A stretch of 64,000 nucleotides of DNA from Lingula anatina (Eukaryota; Animalia; Brachiopoda). How positions within the stretch are numbered: position 1 is the first letter of the stretch; each line of letters opens with the position of its first letter. The notes beneath the pieces were generated by a model, which had not been told where the DNA came from, searched no databases, and was given only the letters and a program-made list of their open reading frames with translations. Positions 42,363-54,300 of the stretch are shown here, in pieces. Both the position numbers and the translations under genes were made by a program. The stretch lies in assembly GCA_051362555.1 (NCBI GenBank), contig CM120640.1:44308788-44372787 (forward strand), given 5' to 3'.

Positions 42363-43006
42363 GTCGACATTCACCAGTCGTAACCATCTGAAGATACTTT
42401 GTGGCACGCCTGCGTATATGGCCACTTTTTAAAAGATTCAAACTACGCAGATTCTACTGGGTCAGACAAACTTAATTCGGTGAAGATTGACATGTGTGAA
42501 ATATCTTGATAATGACAAGATTAAATCCTTTTATTTCTGAATCAATTATCGTTGTTTTACCTGCGCGAGAGTGCGTGTCGTGTGGCATAGAGCGATCACA
42601 GGAATAACTAAGGGTATGCCTACCCTCAATCAGAGCCACAAAGCGAGAGTTTTTCATTTGAAAACGACAGATGTTTCTCTGGCTTGTCCTAATTCTGTGC
42701 ATATTGTAGTGCATGTTGAGCGAGAATTTTTATACAAAATTTCAAAAATGACGTCATCATCCGGCTGCCCTCTGTTAGAAAATAGGGTGCAGTGAACTTC
42801 ATTTAATGTTCATAATTCAAAACTCATATTTATATCTTTTCTGTGTTTCAATCGAGGAAATAGTAATGTTTTTTTGTGTAGGCCTACTAATAACACTTGT
42901 TATTGCATTTTATAAGTTTTCATTCGCGACGTTATCGGTTTTATTCAAGTTGAACAAAACTTATACAGTGTACCATATGAAAATTTCACGCCATTTGGGG
43001 CTCTAC

Positions 43007-43184
43007 TACCCTCTACCAGGGCGACTGATAGATTTTTTGACAGATATTCACGGATATGTCTCTAGATAGATAGATGGTCATTTTGGTCTGAAGTCTGAAG
43101 TCAGACCAAAATGACCATCTATCTATCTAGAGACATATCTGTGAATATCTGTGAAAAATCTATCAATCGCCCTGGTAGAGGGTA
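43007..43184. mobile_element. Foldback (almost fully palindromic) MITE, 178 bp, 9-bp TSD
   Basis: Arms of about 85 bp (TACCCTCTACCAGGGCGA...GGTCTGA / TCAGACC...TCGCCCTGGTAGAGGGTA) surround a loop of about 9 nt. Direct repeat GGGCTCTAC at 42998-43006 and 43185-43193. Confidence 0.85.
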
Positions 43185-43608
43185 GGGCTCTACTACGTAG
43201 ACCCTGACTGCAATTAATGCTGTTTTAGCTGCTTCACAAATATGAGAAAATATGGAAGTTGTCTTCCAGCAAAAAAAATGTATATTTTAAGTGCACCTGC
43301 TTACATGTACCTATTGGCACAAGAACGCCTGCCCCACCCACACTTAACAAAAAATGGGGAGCCATAGCACATATCCGAGATAAATACGCGCGGCAGCTCT
43401 CTTCAGACCGAATGGGGACCTTTGTGTCGCAGGAATGATGAAGTGAGCTTCTATTATCTAATCTACCAATGTCACCACTTCCCGCAAATAGTGATACACC
43501 TCCCCCTTCCGCTGCCTGCCTTCTATTTACCCTATCTACGATACTTCCTAGACCTTGACCTAAACCACTAAATTAATACCCTCCCGTTATTGGTAAATAC
43601 TCCACACA

Positions 43609-45399
43609 ATGGCGTGCAAGATACCCATGTGGCTACTTTTTGCTACAACGGCGATCATGGTAAACGCCTCCCCTACGCCATGTTGTAAACCGAAGCGATG
43701 GGAAGGCCTGGTGACGCTTGGTATGGCAAACTACGTCCATAAAAACGACGATGTTTCCTTGACAAGAGGGACGATAAATACAACATATGACTACCCTAAC
43801 ATGAGGGAGGCACAAGTGCAGGATTTTCATGTGTCCCCACCATTCCCATATTACACGGTTAAAATGACTGTCATCAAGGACTACAAAAAGGTGAGACGCA
43901 GTTTTTTTCAGTTTGCATAAATTTGGGATACTGGAGGGGGGGGGGGTCTTCGAAAGGCCAGAACTGAGAACGTGATCTTCGGTTTAAAGTTAGATCAGTG
44001 GTATAAATGTAATCTAGTAGCAGTACTTGAGAGAGTCACTTTGACAGCGCTGCAGCAACAGCACTGCAGAGAAAGTGTGGAAATATCGTAATGCGTTTTG
44101 TAATATACCCATGGCGTTGTTTCTGTCCTTTTCTATCATGTTTCCACTCTGAATGTTTTGTTTCAATCAAGAGGATGCAGTGGGAGATCATCGAGAGCAA
44201 TAAAACGTGCACAACAAGAAAACTAAACAGCAGTATGTCTCCGCCCTGTATACCAGGTAAGTGAGGGTAGTGGACTTATTAATATTGCCGTTACTTCTAA
44301 ATCATGTGTGTGTGTGTGTGTGCGTGTGTGTGTGCGTGTGTGAAGATACCTACAAATACTGAGCTCGGATTTAATCTAGCTATTGAATAAAACTAAAATT
44401 AATACGAAGATACTTGTCAATTGCCGTAGTCTGTATGCCCACTTTGATTCAAAAGGAAATCTATCAAATATGTCCCAAACATTTTTAGATATGAAAGTGT
44501 ATTTCTCAACTTGTACATCATTTCATACCGAGCGGTTAGATCGGTACTAGTACATGTGCATTGTTTCTGATGCACATAGTAATTCATCGATAGTGGATTG
44601 TGTTAAATGTGTTAGATGTGACAACTGGCTACACCATATGAAAACTCCACATGCCGGTGTAAAGAACCCTTCGGTCCCTGTAACAGAAAGTCCGCCCTCC
44701 ATTTAGTTATAATGGTTAGGGTTAGCCTGACCTTAGTATGTCAAAATCTAGGTCAAGGCTTACCTGTACAAATGAATGGGAAGTGGACTCTATATCATGG
44801 GGGACTCTCTGTCACGTTACACCGGTAATCTGTGAGCACATTTAATTTCAAGTCATGTATTTTACCGATATTTCACATGATATCTAAACGCTTTCAACTG
44901 CACATATTATATCTATCAATACCCAGCCAAAGCACAATTCCAAGGCACGTACCTCCTTTCGCAGACCCTCGAGGTAGATCGTTGGTGCGTTGAACAAGCT
45001 GCAGCGAGCCAAGCCACCGTGTATGAAGTGGAGTCCAAGACATGCTGGCCGGTGTCGGAGACAAGAAGATCAACTGTCCCAGGTAGGGTGTTCAGCTATA
45101 TAATTTATACCATAATGAAAAAAAGGCAATTCTTGGGTAATTTGGAAAAAATATCATAGTCTTGTAGCATTTTTGCTAAAAAAGACAGATATTGTTATTG
45201 TGATAGGCATTCGTTGTTTGATATTATTTGGTTTTGTTTCAATTTAACTTATTTCATTTATTTATTTATTTATTTATTTATTGTATTACTTATTTCAGAT
45301 ATGTTTAGGCTGACAAGTTTAACCTTTGAAAATGTTACGGCTGGGATAAAGAACCCGGGGATATTTAACCTGCCGAGCTACTGTCCCCCAGGGAAGTAG
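43609..45399 (+). CDS. EPDR: Ependymin-related protein (secreted/lysosomal), 207 aa, 4 exons
   Basis: Exons 43609-43890, 44172-44256, 44927-45082 and 45299-45399 join in frame with GT-AG introns. Signal peptide followed by CCKPKRWEG, TYDYPNMR, TC...PPCIP, TCWPV and FENVTAGIKNPGIFNLPSYC, the ependymin-family cysteine/proline pattern. AATAAA at 45713. Confidence 0.88.
44306..44342. repeat. (TG)n microsatellite in ependymin intron 2
   Basis: TG run with two CG interruptions. Confidence 0.85.
44654..44825. mobile_element. MITE in ependymin intron 2
   Basis: TIRs CCGGTGTAA ... TTACACCGG, with nested inverted segments ACAGAAAGTCC/GGACTCTCTGT and GCCTGACCTTAG/CTAGGTCAAGGC. Contains GGTTAGGGTTAG. 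TSD unclear (TG/TA). Confidence 0.6.
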
Positions 45400-45712
45400 T
45401 AGATGTACCCTGAACGCGTTTGAATATGATCCTTTTTAACCAAAATTTCACCTGATAAATCAAGTTACCAGGGCACATGCTGCATAAACTTCCAAAAAGG
45501 AAATCGTCAGGTCTAAGGAAAGCAATACACGAAGACAATGAAGTGCAAAATTCGTGTCTCATACTCAAGTCTTGCGCTGTGGTCTAAGTTGTCGTTGTTC
45601 TTTTTCTTCTTCTTCTTCTTATTATTATAATTATGTTGTTTTTGTTGTTGTTGTTGTTTTTAATTTGCATTTACATTTTACCCTCTTTCCAAACGATTAT
45701 TACAATCAGTGT

Positions 45713-45718
45713 AATAAA
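45713..45718 (+). terminator. Polyadenylation signal of the ependymin-related gene
   Basis: AATAAA about 310 nt after the stop codon. Confidence 0.45.
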
Positions 45719-46378
45719 ATCACAATATATATTGAAATAATTAAGTGCATTTTTTAGAGATATTATCGGAAGTATGTTCTACTTATTCTTTATTTTAATG
45801 TTTTAAAAAAACTAATATTTCTGTTAGTTTATTGTTTATTTGAATTTTCAAAATCAATCGACAGTAGAATGAAAGACCTGTGACAAGAGGTAAGGAAAAA
45901 GGAGTCAGTTGTTTATTTATTTATCAATAAATTTACCAATATATTCGTTTTCAAACATTTACCAGGTGTTGCCGTAATGCCTTCGCGTCTGTTCAAGGAG
46001 GAGGGGGGCTTTTTTTCCTTCCTTCTAATGTTTCTCTTCTAATCTATCTCTCGCTGTTGCGTAAGCTGTGAACAATACCTTTTTTTTAATTGCGCGCTTC
46101 ATTTTTCATTTCATTTCATTTCATTTATTTATTACCTTAGTCTTTTGAAGACCATCAGTCTAGTACTGGTACAAATGTTACAACGACTATAGTTACAACA
46201 ACTATAGGGTTATTACAAAGAATAATTATAATATAAATAATCGCAATCATAATCATCATAACAATAATAATAGTACCTGTAGTAAATTAAATACATGAGT
46301 ACTTAAATAAATAAACTACTTAAATAAATCATATTAAATCAAATTGAATCAAATGAGATCAAATTGGATCAAATTAGA

Positions 46379-49300
46379 TTAGATCTCATGCCGAAGCCTT
46401 CCTGCTTGGCTAAGATATCGTGCCAGGTTACATAATACTTTCTTATTGGAAGAATTCAGCAGGAGAACCAATTTGAACACCGAGGGTCTATTACAGTAGA
46501 AAGGTTTGATGAACCTTTTCCTTAAATCTAAATATCTAGAGCAACCCAGTATAAAGTGGAATTCGTCCTCCACATCATTGCAATAGGAACATTTTCTTTG
46601 TGAAATAGGGATTTTACTGTATCTGCCCGTTTCAATTGCAAGTTTATGGGATGATAATCTTATTTTACTAATCATTTTCTTAAACTGGAGCGGGATTGGT
46701 TTTGTAAGATAAGTTTGAATAGTAACACGGTCGATGAGGTGTCTGTAGAGCCAGCACTTTCTCGAGTCGTTAATCTCTGACAATATAGCTTGTTGTTTAA
46801 TATCCATTAGTTTTTGATATACTAGAGATACAATAAATTTTTTATCATAATTACTTGGATAGTGAAAAAAATCATTAAGACCAGTTTCTGTAAAAACATC
46901 ATAAATCTTAGAGAGCCAATTGCCACAGGATGGTTTAGTCCGGAATTCATACTCAAAGTATTTAAGGCATTCTTTTAGAATGCAATTATTTGTGTTTCTC
47001 AGTTTAAGCCAGTATTTAACCATTCTTAATTTCCTATTGGTTACCAAAGGGAATCTACCTAACTCTGCATAAATCATTGAGTCAGGGGTTGAACGTTTAA
47101 CCCCCAAAATAAATTTCCCAAAGTCCATATGCACCTTTTCAATATCAGGGGCAGGATGGTGACCCCATATTTCACATTCATAATTAGCGATACTAGATAT
47201 ATAAGTGTCAAACAAAGATAAAGCGGTAGTATGGTTCAAGCTCATATCACTACACTTTCTAAACAAACTGAACATGGCTTTGCGACATTGTAATGCAAGT
47301 TGTTTCTGGGTTTTATAATATTTACCATTGTAATTCATTGTGACACCCAGGTAACAGAATTCATTAACTATTCCAGTTTGTGACCCTTATATAGCCATAC
47401 TTCATCCGTTTTTAAAGCACCACCTTTTCTAAATGCCAGTATTTTTGTTTTACTAACATTTACAGTTAAAGACCATTTATCAGTATATGTTGATAGGGAG
47501 TTCAACATACTTTGTAGCCCCTCAGCAGAATCAGCGAATAAAACCATGTCATCCGCATACATGAGTAGAAAAAGTGACAAATCATTCATCATAACTGGCT
47601 GGGTATCACTTTTTAGAAATTCTAATTCACAGTCATTGACAAAAAGGGAAAACAGAATTGGGGACAAAACTTCTCCCTGAAGAACTCCATTGTTATTTTT
47701 GAAAAAATCTGAGATCTTTCCATTTAACAAAATACCAGTTTTGATATTATTATACAAGGACTTAATAACAGAGAGACATTTGCCTCCGATTCCTAACTTG
47801 GCTAACTTATGCCACAGCTTGGCTCTATCTATGGTATCGAAACATTGTTTATAGTCCACGAAGCAACAAAACAGCTTCTTCTTATCACTCAGAAATTTAC
47901 TAATTATAGCATTTAGTGCGAAAATTGCGTCAGTAGTACTATGGTGAGGACGGAAACCAAATTGAGCATCACTCATAATATCGTTCATTTCTGACCATGC
48001 AAGTAGTCTTGCATTTACAATAGACGTGAATAACTTACACATACAGTTAATTAAGCTTATTCCTCTATAATTACTAGGATCAGAATAGTCACCCTTTTTA
48101 TGAACTGGGACAATCAATGCATTGCAAAGGATCTTAGGAAAATAACATTTATCAAACATTGCATTAAATATTACATGAAGATAGGGCAATAGTATCTCTG
48201 AAAATTCTATAAAATACTCGTTTAGAATAACATCATACCCATGACTTTTATTACGCTTAAGACTTTTAATGGCATTTTTTATTTCATCTATGGTTATTTC
48301 TCCATTTAATTCCTCAAAAGTTGAGACGCATTCATTTTCTAATGAAAGATTATGGGTATCACCAGCCCCGTTCTTATCACCGTACATGTCATTAAAAAAC
48401 TTGAAAAATTCACTGATAGGCAAACTTGATGCAGATCCACTCCGTTTTGTAAATCTCTTATAAAACTCACGAGGGTTGTTTTTTCTCATATACTCTAAGT
48501 TATTGCTTTCTGTAAGGAGATAATCACGTTTTAGTCGGCGTTCATATTTTTTATATTCCATTTTGGCAGCATGTATTTCTGTGAGATAATCAGGCATTTT
48601 GACTGCGTTAAACTTGCGTAGTGCCCTTTTATGATTTCCGAACAACTTCTTACAGCGATCATTAAACCAAGGTTTGTGTGAGGTTTCATGCGGGACATTC
48701 TTATGTAACCCACTCGTTCGGGGCTGACGGCGACTATGTGAAGGAACAGAATGATAGTCTTTCATTATATTATTTAAAGCACAAATGAAAGCAGTGACAC
48801 TATCCTCAAGACTTACTTGGGAAGTAAGATTGCTACTAATACAACAATCCAATGGACCGAGATTATCTATTAGCGCGGCTTTACTTCCAGCGAGCAGAGT
48901 GTCATTCCATTTAAATTTAGCATGTGTAACACCTTCATCAGTAACTGCCATTGAACAATCAGTCTCCGTCCACGTTGTCTGCAATTCTATGTGAAGCGGT
49001 GCATGGTCAGAATATGTGCTAAAGCTCCCTACAATGAACTTACTAACCATATCGAATAGGGCTGGGGTGGCCAAAAGAAGATCAATTACACTACAGCCCT
49101 TGGGCCCATTGTAAGTAAAATCATAAGAATACCTTGAGTGTCGGCCATTCAAAATACGCAGGTCACTTTCTATGCAGAGACCAATAATTTTCCGTCCATT
49201 TGAATTTACAACCGCATCAGGTGAAGTACGCACCATGATGGGATCATCATTAGTGTATTCTAATACTGGTGTTAACTTATCGGTGACTAATTTGTGTAAG

Positions 49301-50024
49301 TTGTCGTCACGTATATAATCGACTAAGTCACCGCATCTACCATTCAAATCACCGACGACCATCAGGGGCGGATTTAGGCCGTCTTCTGGGTCTTCCGGAA
49401 GACGGTCAGATTTTCAAGTTTACATCGACGGGTATCTATTTTTTTCTGCTGGAAGACGGTCAAAATTGGAGGATGAATCAACAAAGATAATTTGGAAGAC
49501 TGTCAGTAAATATCTCTTGATCCGCCCCTGACCATTGTTTTGCCCAAAGATGAATATTTCAACACACCTTTTTTCAGCTCATCAAATAAATCACAATTGT
49601 AATATCTATAGAATGAGGAGCCTTCTGGTGGTATATAAGATATACATACATGTATGTATAAACATTCATGCGGATCAGTGACTATAGGTTTGATCTTTAA
49701 CCACACTAGGGAGTCAAAAACTATTTCGGCTATACTGATATTTGGCTCAGAAATACTACGAATTCCAATCATTAAACCACCTCCCTGTTTACATTTCGTT
49801 TTAGCCCGAGGTATAAAACGAAGCGCAAATCCAGGGATATCATACACAAACTCATTTTCAAACCAGCATTCAGTCAAACCAAATAAGTCATATGATGTAA
49901 TAAAGTTCAAAAAAGAAGGGTCTTTCAATTTATTTGACAGGCCACCATTAATATTCCAGCATAACAATTTAATGTCATTTGCCTCTTTCCTCAGACAGGT
50001 GCTGATCCCTTCCACGGCTAATCC
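46379..50024 (-). pseudogene. LINE ORF2 (APE endonuclease - reverse transcriptase - C-terminal Cys/His domain), disrupted
   Basis: EN motifs WNING, LTECW, YIPP, GDLNGR, SVIDL and SDHAP. RT motifs NYRGISL, QFGFR, FVDYKQCFD, GVLQGEVLSPILF and YADD. Interrupted by the MITE at 49363-49530 (removal restores ...LGKTMVVGDLN...). A 1-bp deletion near 47370 breaks the expected LEIVNEFCYLG. Confidence 0.9.
49363..49530. mobile_element. MITE, 168 bp, inserted in the LINE endonuclease domain
   Basis: Perfect 11-bp TIRs CAGGGGCGGAT ... ATCCGCCCCTG. Perfect 5-bp TSD ACCAT (49358-49362, 49531-49535). Internal GGAAGAC(G/T)GTCA repeated three times. Confidence 0.93.
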
Positions 50025-50961
50025 CTATCTGGGGGTACTGGAAAGTTGCGGAGACGGTGCCCTGGGTATGAACCCGTTGGTGACAATAGGTCTAACGGCA
50101 GGTGAAGCGGGGATCCCTGGGTTCATCATATGTATAGGCTGGGGGTACGGTTGACTAATGTATGTCCCAGGGTGTTGGTTTACTTGGCTCCTGGCGTTCA
50201 TATTTATTACATTATTGTTGTGGATTGGATTATGTCGAACTCTGCTCTGATCCCACCTGACCATTTCAGGTGTTTTTTCTCTGATCAAGCCATGATTAGT
50301 AACAAAGTATTTGTGACCGTCCAGGATCTGCTGAAGCATAAATACCATGCTTTTTTCAACTACGCGTTCGCAGTGGCTTTTGCTGGCACTTATCCAAATT
50401 TTCCTTAGTCTTGTATCTTGGCTTTTTCTAATGTTCTTTTTCTTACGCAATACACTTACTTTTTCGTCCAATGTGCTGAATGCAACTTTAACCAGTCCTG
50501 GCTTCCCATTTCTTCCTTTCAGTCGTACACATTCCTGGACATGCGGGAGATCATACGTGTCTTCTTGGTCTACTTCCAAATCTTCCAAATTTTCATCAAC
50601 GTCTTCATATAGATTCGCAATTATAACGGAGTTATCATTATTTTTCACTCCCACATTACTTGTTTTCATACAACAGGAAATATCGTTTTGGAGGGCGGTT
50701 ATTACTCGCTCCTTTTCCATTAGTTCATTTTGCAACTGTATTGTAGTTTCTTCTAGTTTTCTAATTTTCTCATTTTGTGTTTTTATCACCTCCTTTAGCA
50801 TGTAGTCCATTTTTTTGTTTTATTTCACTAAAGAGTTCACTGCAGGAGCAGTTATGTGACTTGGCAGCTGCGCCGTGTGCGCTAGGGGATTGTGGAAGAT
50901 GAACAGATAACGGTTCACGTACAGAATTGTCATCATCGTACAGGACCTTATTTGTTTCCTC

Positions 50962-51240
50962 TGTAACATTATCTTCTTGTTTTTGGTAAATGTCATCAAA
51001 GTTCACAAGCTTCCATTAGTGGCATTCTTTGAATGACCCTTGGTCACCTACAGATTACACTTGATGACAGTTCTCAGCCATTGTTAAAGTAAACAGGTGT
51101 TCCTCATACTTTTTAATGTATATGTATATACAAGCCTAGCACTTCACAATAAACTTTCGTAGAAGTCAGACGCATTGTTGTTGTCTCTCTCCTGAATAGA
51201 GTCCGGCACGTTGGACTCAGTAAAGAGCCATCTTATTACA
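50962..51240 (+). repeat. 5' LTR (279 bp)
   Basis: TGTAACA...TTACA. Matches 55543-55821 except for one T/C difference seen by eye. Confidence 0.96.
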
Positions 51241-51255
51241 TGGTGTCAGAAGTGG
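51241..51255 (+). promoter_or_regulatory. Primer-binding site, tRNA-Leu type
   Basis: TGGTGTCAGAAGTGG immediately after the 5' LTR, complementary to the ...CCACUUCUGACACCA 3' end of animal tRNA-Leu. Confidence 0.85.
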
Positions 51256-51316
51256 TTGCCAGACATAGGCAACAGTGACGATCCGTGGCAGTTTTAACAT
51301 TGTGTTAACTGTTAGC

Positions 51317-54300
51317 ATGGAACTCACTGGTATCCCAACACCTTCCATGGACTGGAGTGCGTCTAATCTTCCTGAACAGTGGAAAAAATTTCACAGTCTC
51401 GAGGAACTCATTTTTAATGGGCCACTAAAGGAAAAGGAAGAAAAAGTGAAGGTGACTTATCTCTTGTTATGGATAGGAGACAAGGGGAGAGAAATAAAGT
51501 CAACTTGGACAAATCTGGACGAACCAGACAAGCTGCAGTCATATTATGACCGTTTTAAAGCCCATGTGCAGCCGAAACTGAATCCCATCTTCGCGCGGTT
51601 CAAGTTTAACAATGAAACTCAAGGTGCATCTACCGTTGAACAATTTATTACTCGTTTGCGGACACTTGCTGTCGACTGTGCATACACAAATGCAGAAGAG
51701 ATGATCCGAGACAGGATCGTATTTGGTACTTCATCAGAGAAAGTGAGGGAAAAACTCATAAATGAAGGTGACAAGCTGACACTCGACAAAGCCGTGCAGA
51801 TAGCCCAGTCGTACGAGTATTCAATGGAACAACTCAAGACAATGGGGAAAGAGGTCAGCAGCATTAAGAAACAACCTCCACGTACAGGCAACTGGAGACA
51901 TGTGAACAGACAGAAGAAACAGCAGAAACAGGACAGACATGAGTGTGACAATTGTGGCTACGAGCGTGCCAAGACTGATAGATGTCCAGCTAAGGGTAAA
52001 CAGTGTAATAACTGTAAGAAATTCAATCACTTTGCTAAAAAATGTCGCAAAAGTATTGCTAAGAAACATGTTAACGAGTTGCAAGCTTTGCCAGATCAGC
52101 CCAATTCTGATTCTGATTCAGATTCACAATTTATTGTAGATAGTATTGACACGTCAGAGGGTTTAGATCAAGCATTTTGCCATGTAGAAATTGGTCCAGC
52201 AAAGATCAATGTTAAGTTTAAGATTGACACAGGGTCTCAAGTGAATATTTTACCCAAGCATGTGTTTGACTCAATTGGTCATGTAGACGACCTGAAACCT
52301 CCTAGTCAGAAGCTTACTGCTTATAATGGTCACTCACTAAAAAACTTAGGGTCTGCAAATTTCACTTGTCAGTATAAGAAAAAGTCCATTGGCCTTCTGT
52401 TTCACGTCGTTGATACAGAATCTTCACCGATACTCGGTATGAAAGCTTGTATGGACTTGTGCCTGATTAAGTTAGTGTATGCTTGCGATGTAGATGCTGA
52501 TTTGAAGCGAGAGCTGGTCGGAAAAAGAGATTCTAGTAAACCCAGCCAAAATCTGAACAAATCCGAGTTTGGTAAAGACCAAATATTGCATGAATACAAA
52601 GACGTATTCGAGGGTATAGGATTGTTCCCAGGTGAATGTGTAATTCACACTGATCCCGACGTAATTCCTGTTGTTCACCCCCCTCGCAAAGTGCCGCATG
52701 CACTTCATGAAAAGCTCAAAAATGAACTTGAGCGTATGGAGAAGCTTGATGTGATTTGTAAAGTCACAGAGCCCACAGAATGGGTAAATTCTCTAGTGAT
52801 TGTTGAGAAGCCTGAATCAAGCTCAGGTAAGGTACGTGTGTGCCTGGATCCCAAAGACCTAAATAGAGCTATTTTGAGACCCCATTACCCCCCTAGAACA
52901 TTAGAAGAAGTATTACCCCAGTTAGCAGGTGCTCAATACTTCAGTAAGTTGGATGCCAGGTCAGGGTATTGGACAATTAAACTATCCACAGAATCCTCAT
53001 ACCTTACGACGTTTAATACGCCATTTGGTAGATACAGATATCTGCGACTGCCTTTTGGTTTGAGATCGTCGCAGGATGAGTTTCAGAGAAGGGTAGACGA
53101 AAGTTTTGAGGGTCTTGACGGTATAATAGCCTTAGTAGATGACATCATAGTGTTTGGAAAAAACAGAGAACAGCATGACCGAAATCTGCGTAATGTTCTA
53201 CAAAGGTCACGTGAGTGTGGGATCAAACTCAACAGAGAAAAAATGGAAATCGGCGTGACTAAAGTAAAATATTTTGGTCACATTATCACATCAAAAGGCT
53301 TAGAGCCTGACCCGGAAAAGGTCAAAGCAATTAGGGAGATGAAAGCCCCGACTAATAAGAAAGAGTTAGAGACTTTTCTGGGTATGGTGACATACCTAGC
53401 TAAATTTGCTCCCAACCTTTCAGAGATTACCAGCCCCCTTCGCAAGTTACTTGCAAAAGACATGATTTTTCATTGGATCGATGAGCATGAGAAAGCTCTC
53501 AATGAAGTAAAAGAGGTAATCACAGCAGCCCCAAGTCCTACGTTAACGTATTTTGACCCCAGCCAGGTCACTACCCTACAGACTGATGCCTCTAAGTATG
53601 GTTTAGGTGCTGCACTGTTGCAGGATGGAAAACCCATAGCTTATGCATCCAAAGCTCTCAATACATCAGAAATCAACTATGCCCAAATAGAAAAAGAAAT
53701 GTTTGGGATAGTTTTTGGGTGTAAGAGATTTCACCAATACGTTTATGGCCGTAAAGTAGTAGTGGAGACAGACCACAAACCTTTAATTCCTATATTCAAG
53801 AAGCCCTTGAATACAGCCCCTCCACGCTTGCAGGTAATTTACAAACCAGGTACACAGATACCACTTGCAGACACATTGTCTCGCAATTTTGTAAAAGACA
53901 CCTACCCAGAGCTCGCTAAAGGAATGGATGCACACGTACATGCAGTGCTCTCAAAAATTCCTATTAGTGATAGAAAGTTAGACGAAATTCGTCAAGAAAC
54001 TGAACAAACTGAACAGTTTCAGACTTTGCGCAAAACCGTTTTAAATGGTTGGCCTGTTAAAAGGAGTGATTGCCCCTCTGAGATTATAGAATTTTGGAAT
54101 CACAGAGACGAATTGTCTTACATTGATGGCCTACTGCTCAAAGGTCAAAAGGTTATCGTACCCCAGAAACTAAGGGTGAAAATGCTGCATTCTATACACA
54201 CAGGTCACAAAGGAATAGAGAAATGCCAAAAACGAGCCAGATCAGCAATTTTTTGGCCAGGCATGTCAGGTGACATTAATGATTTTGTTTCCAAGTGCCC

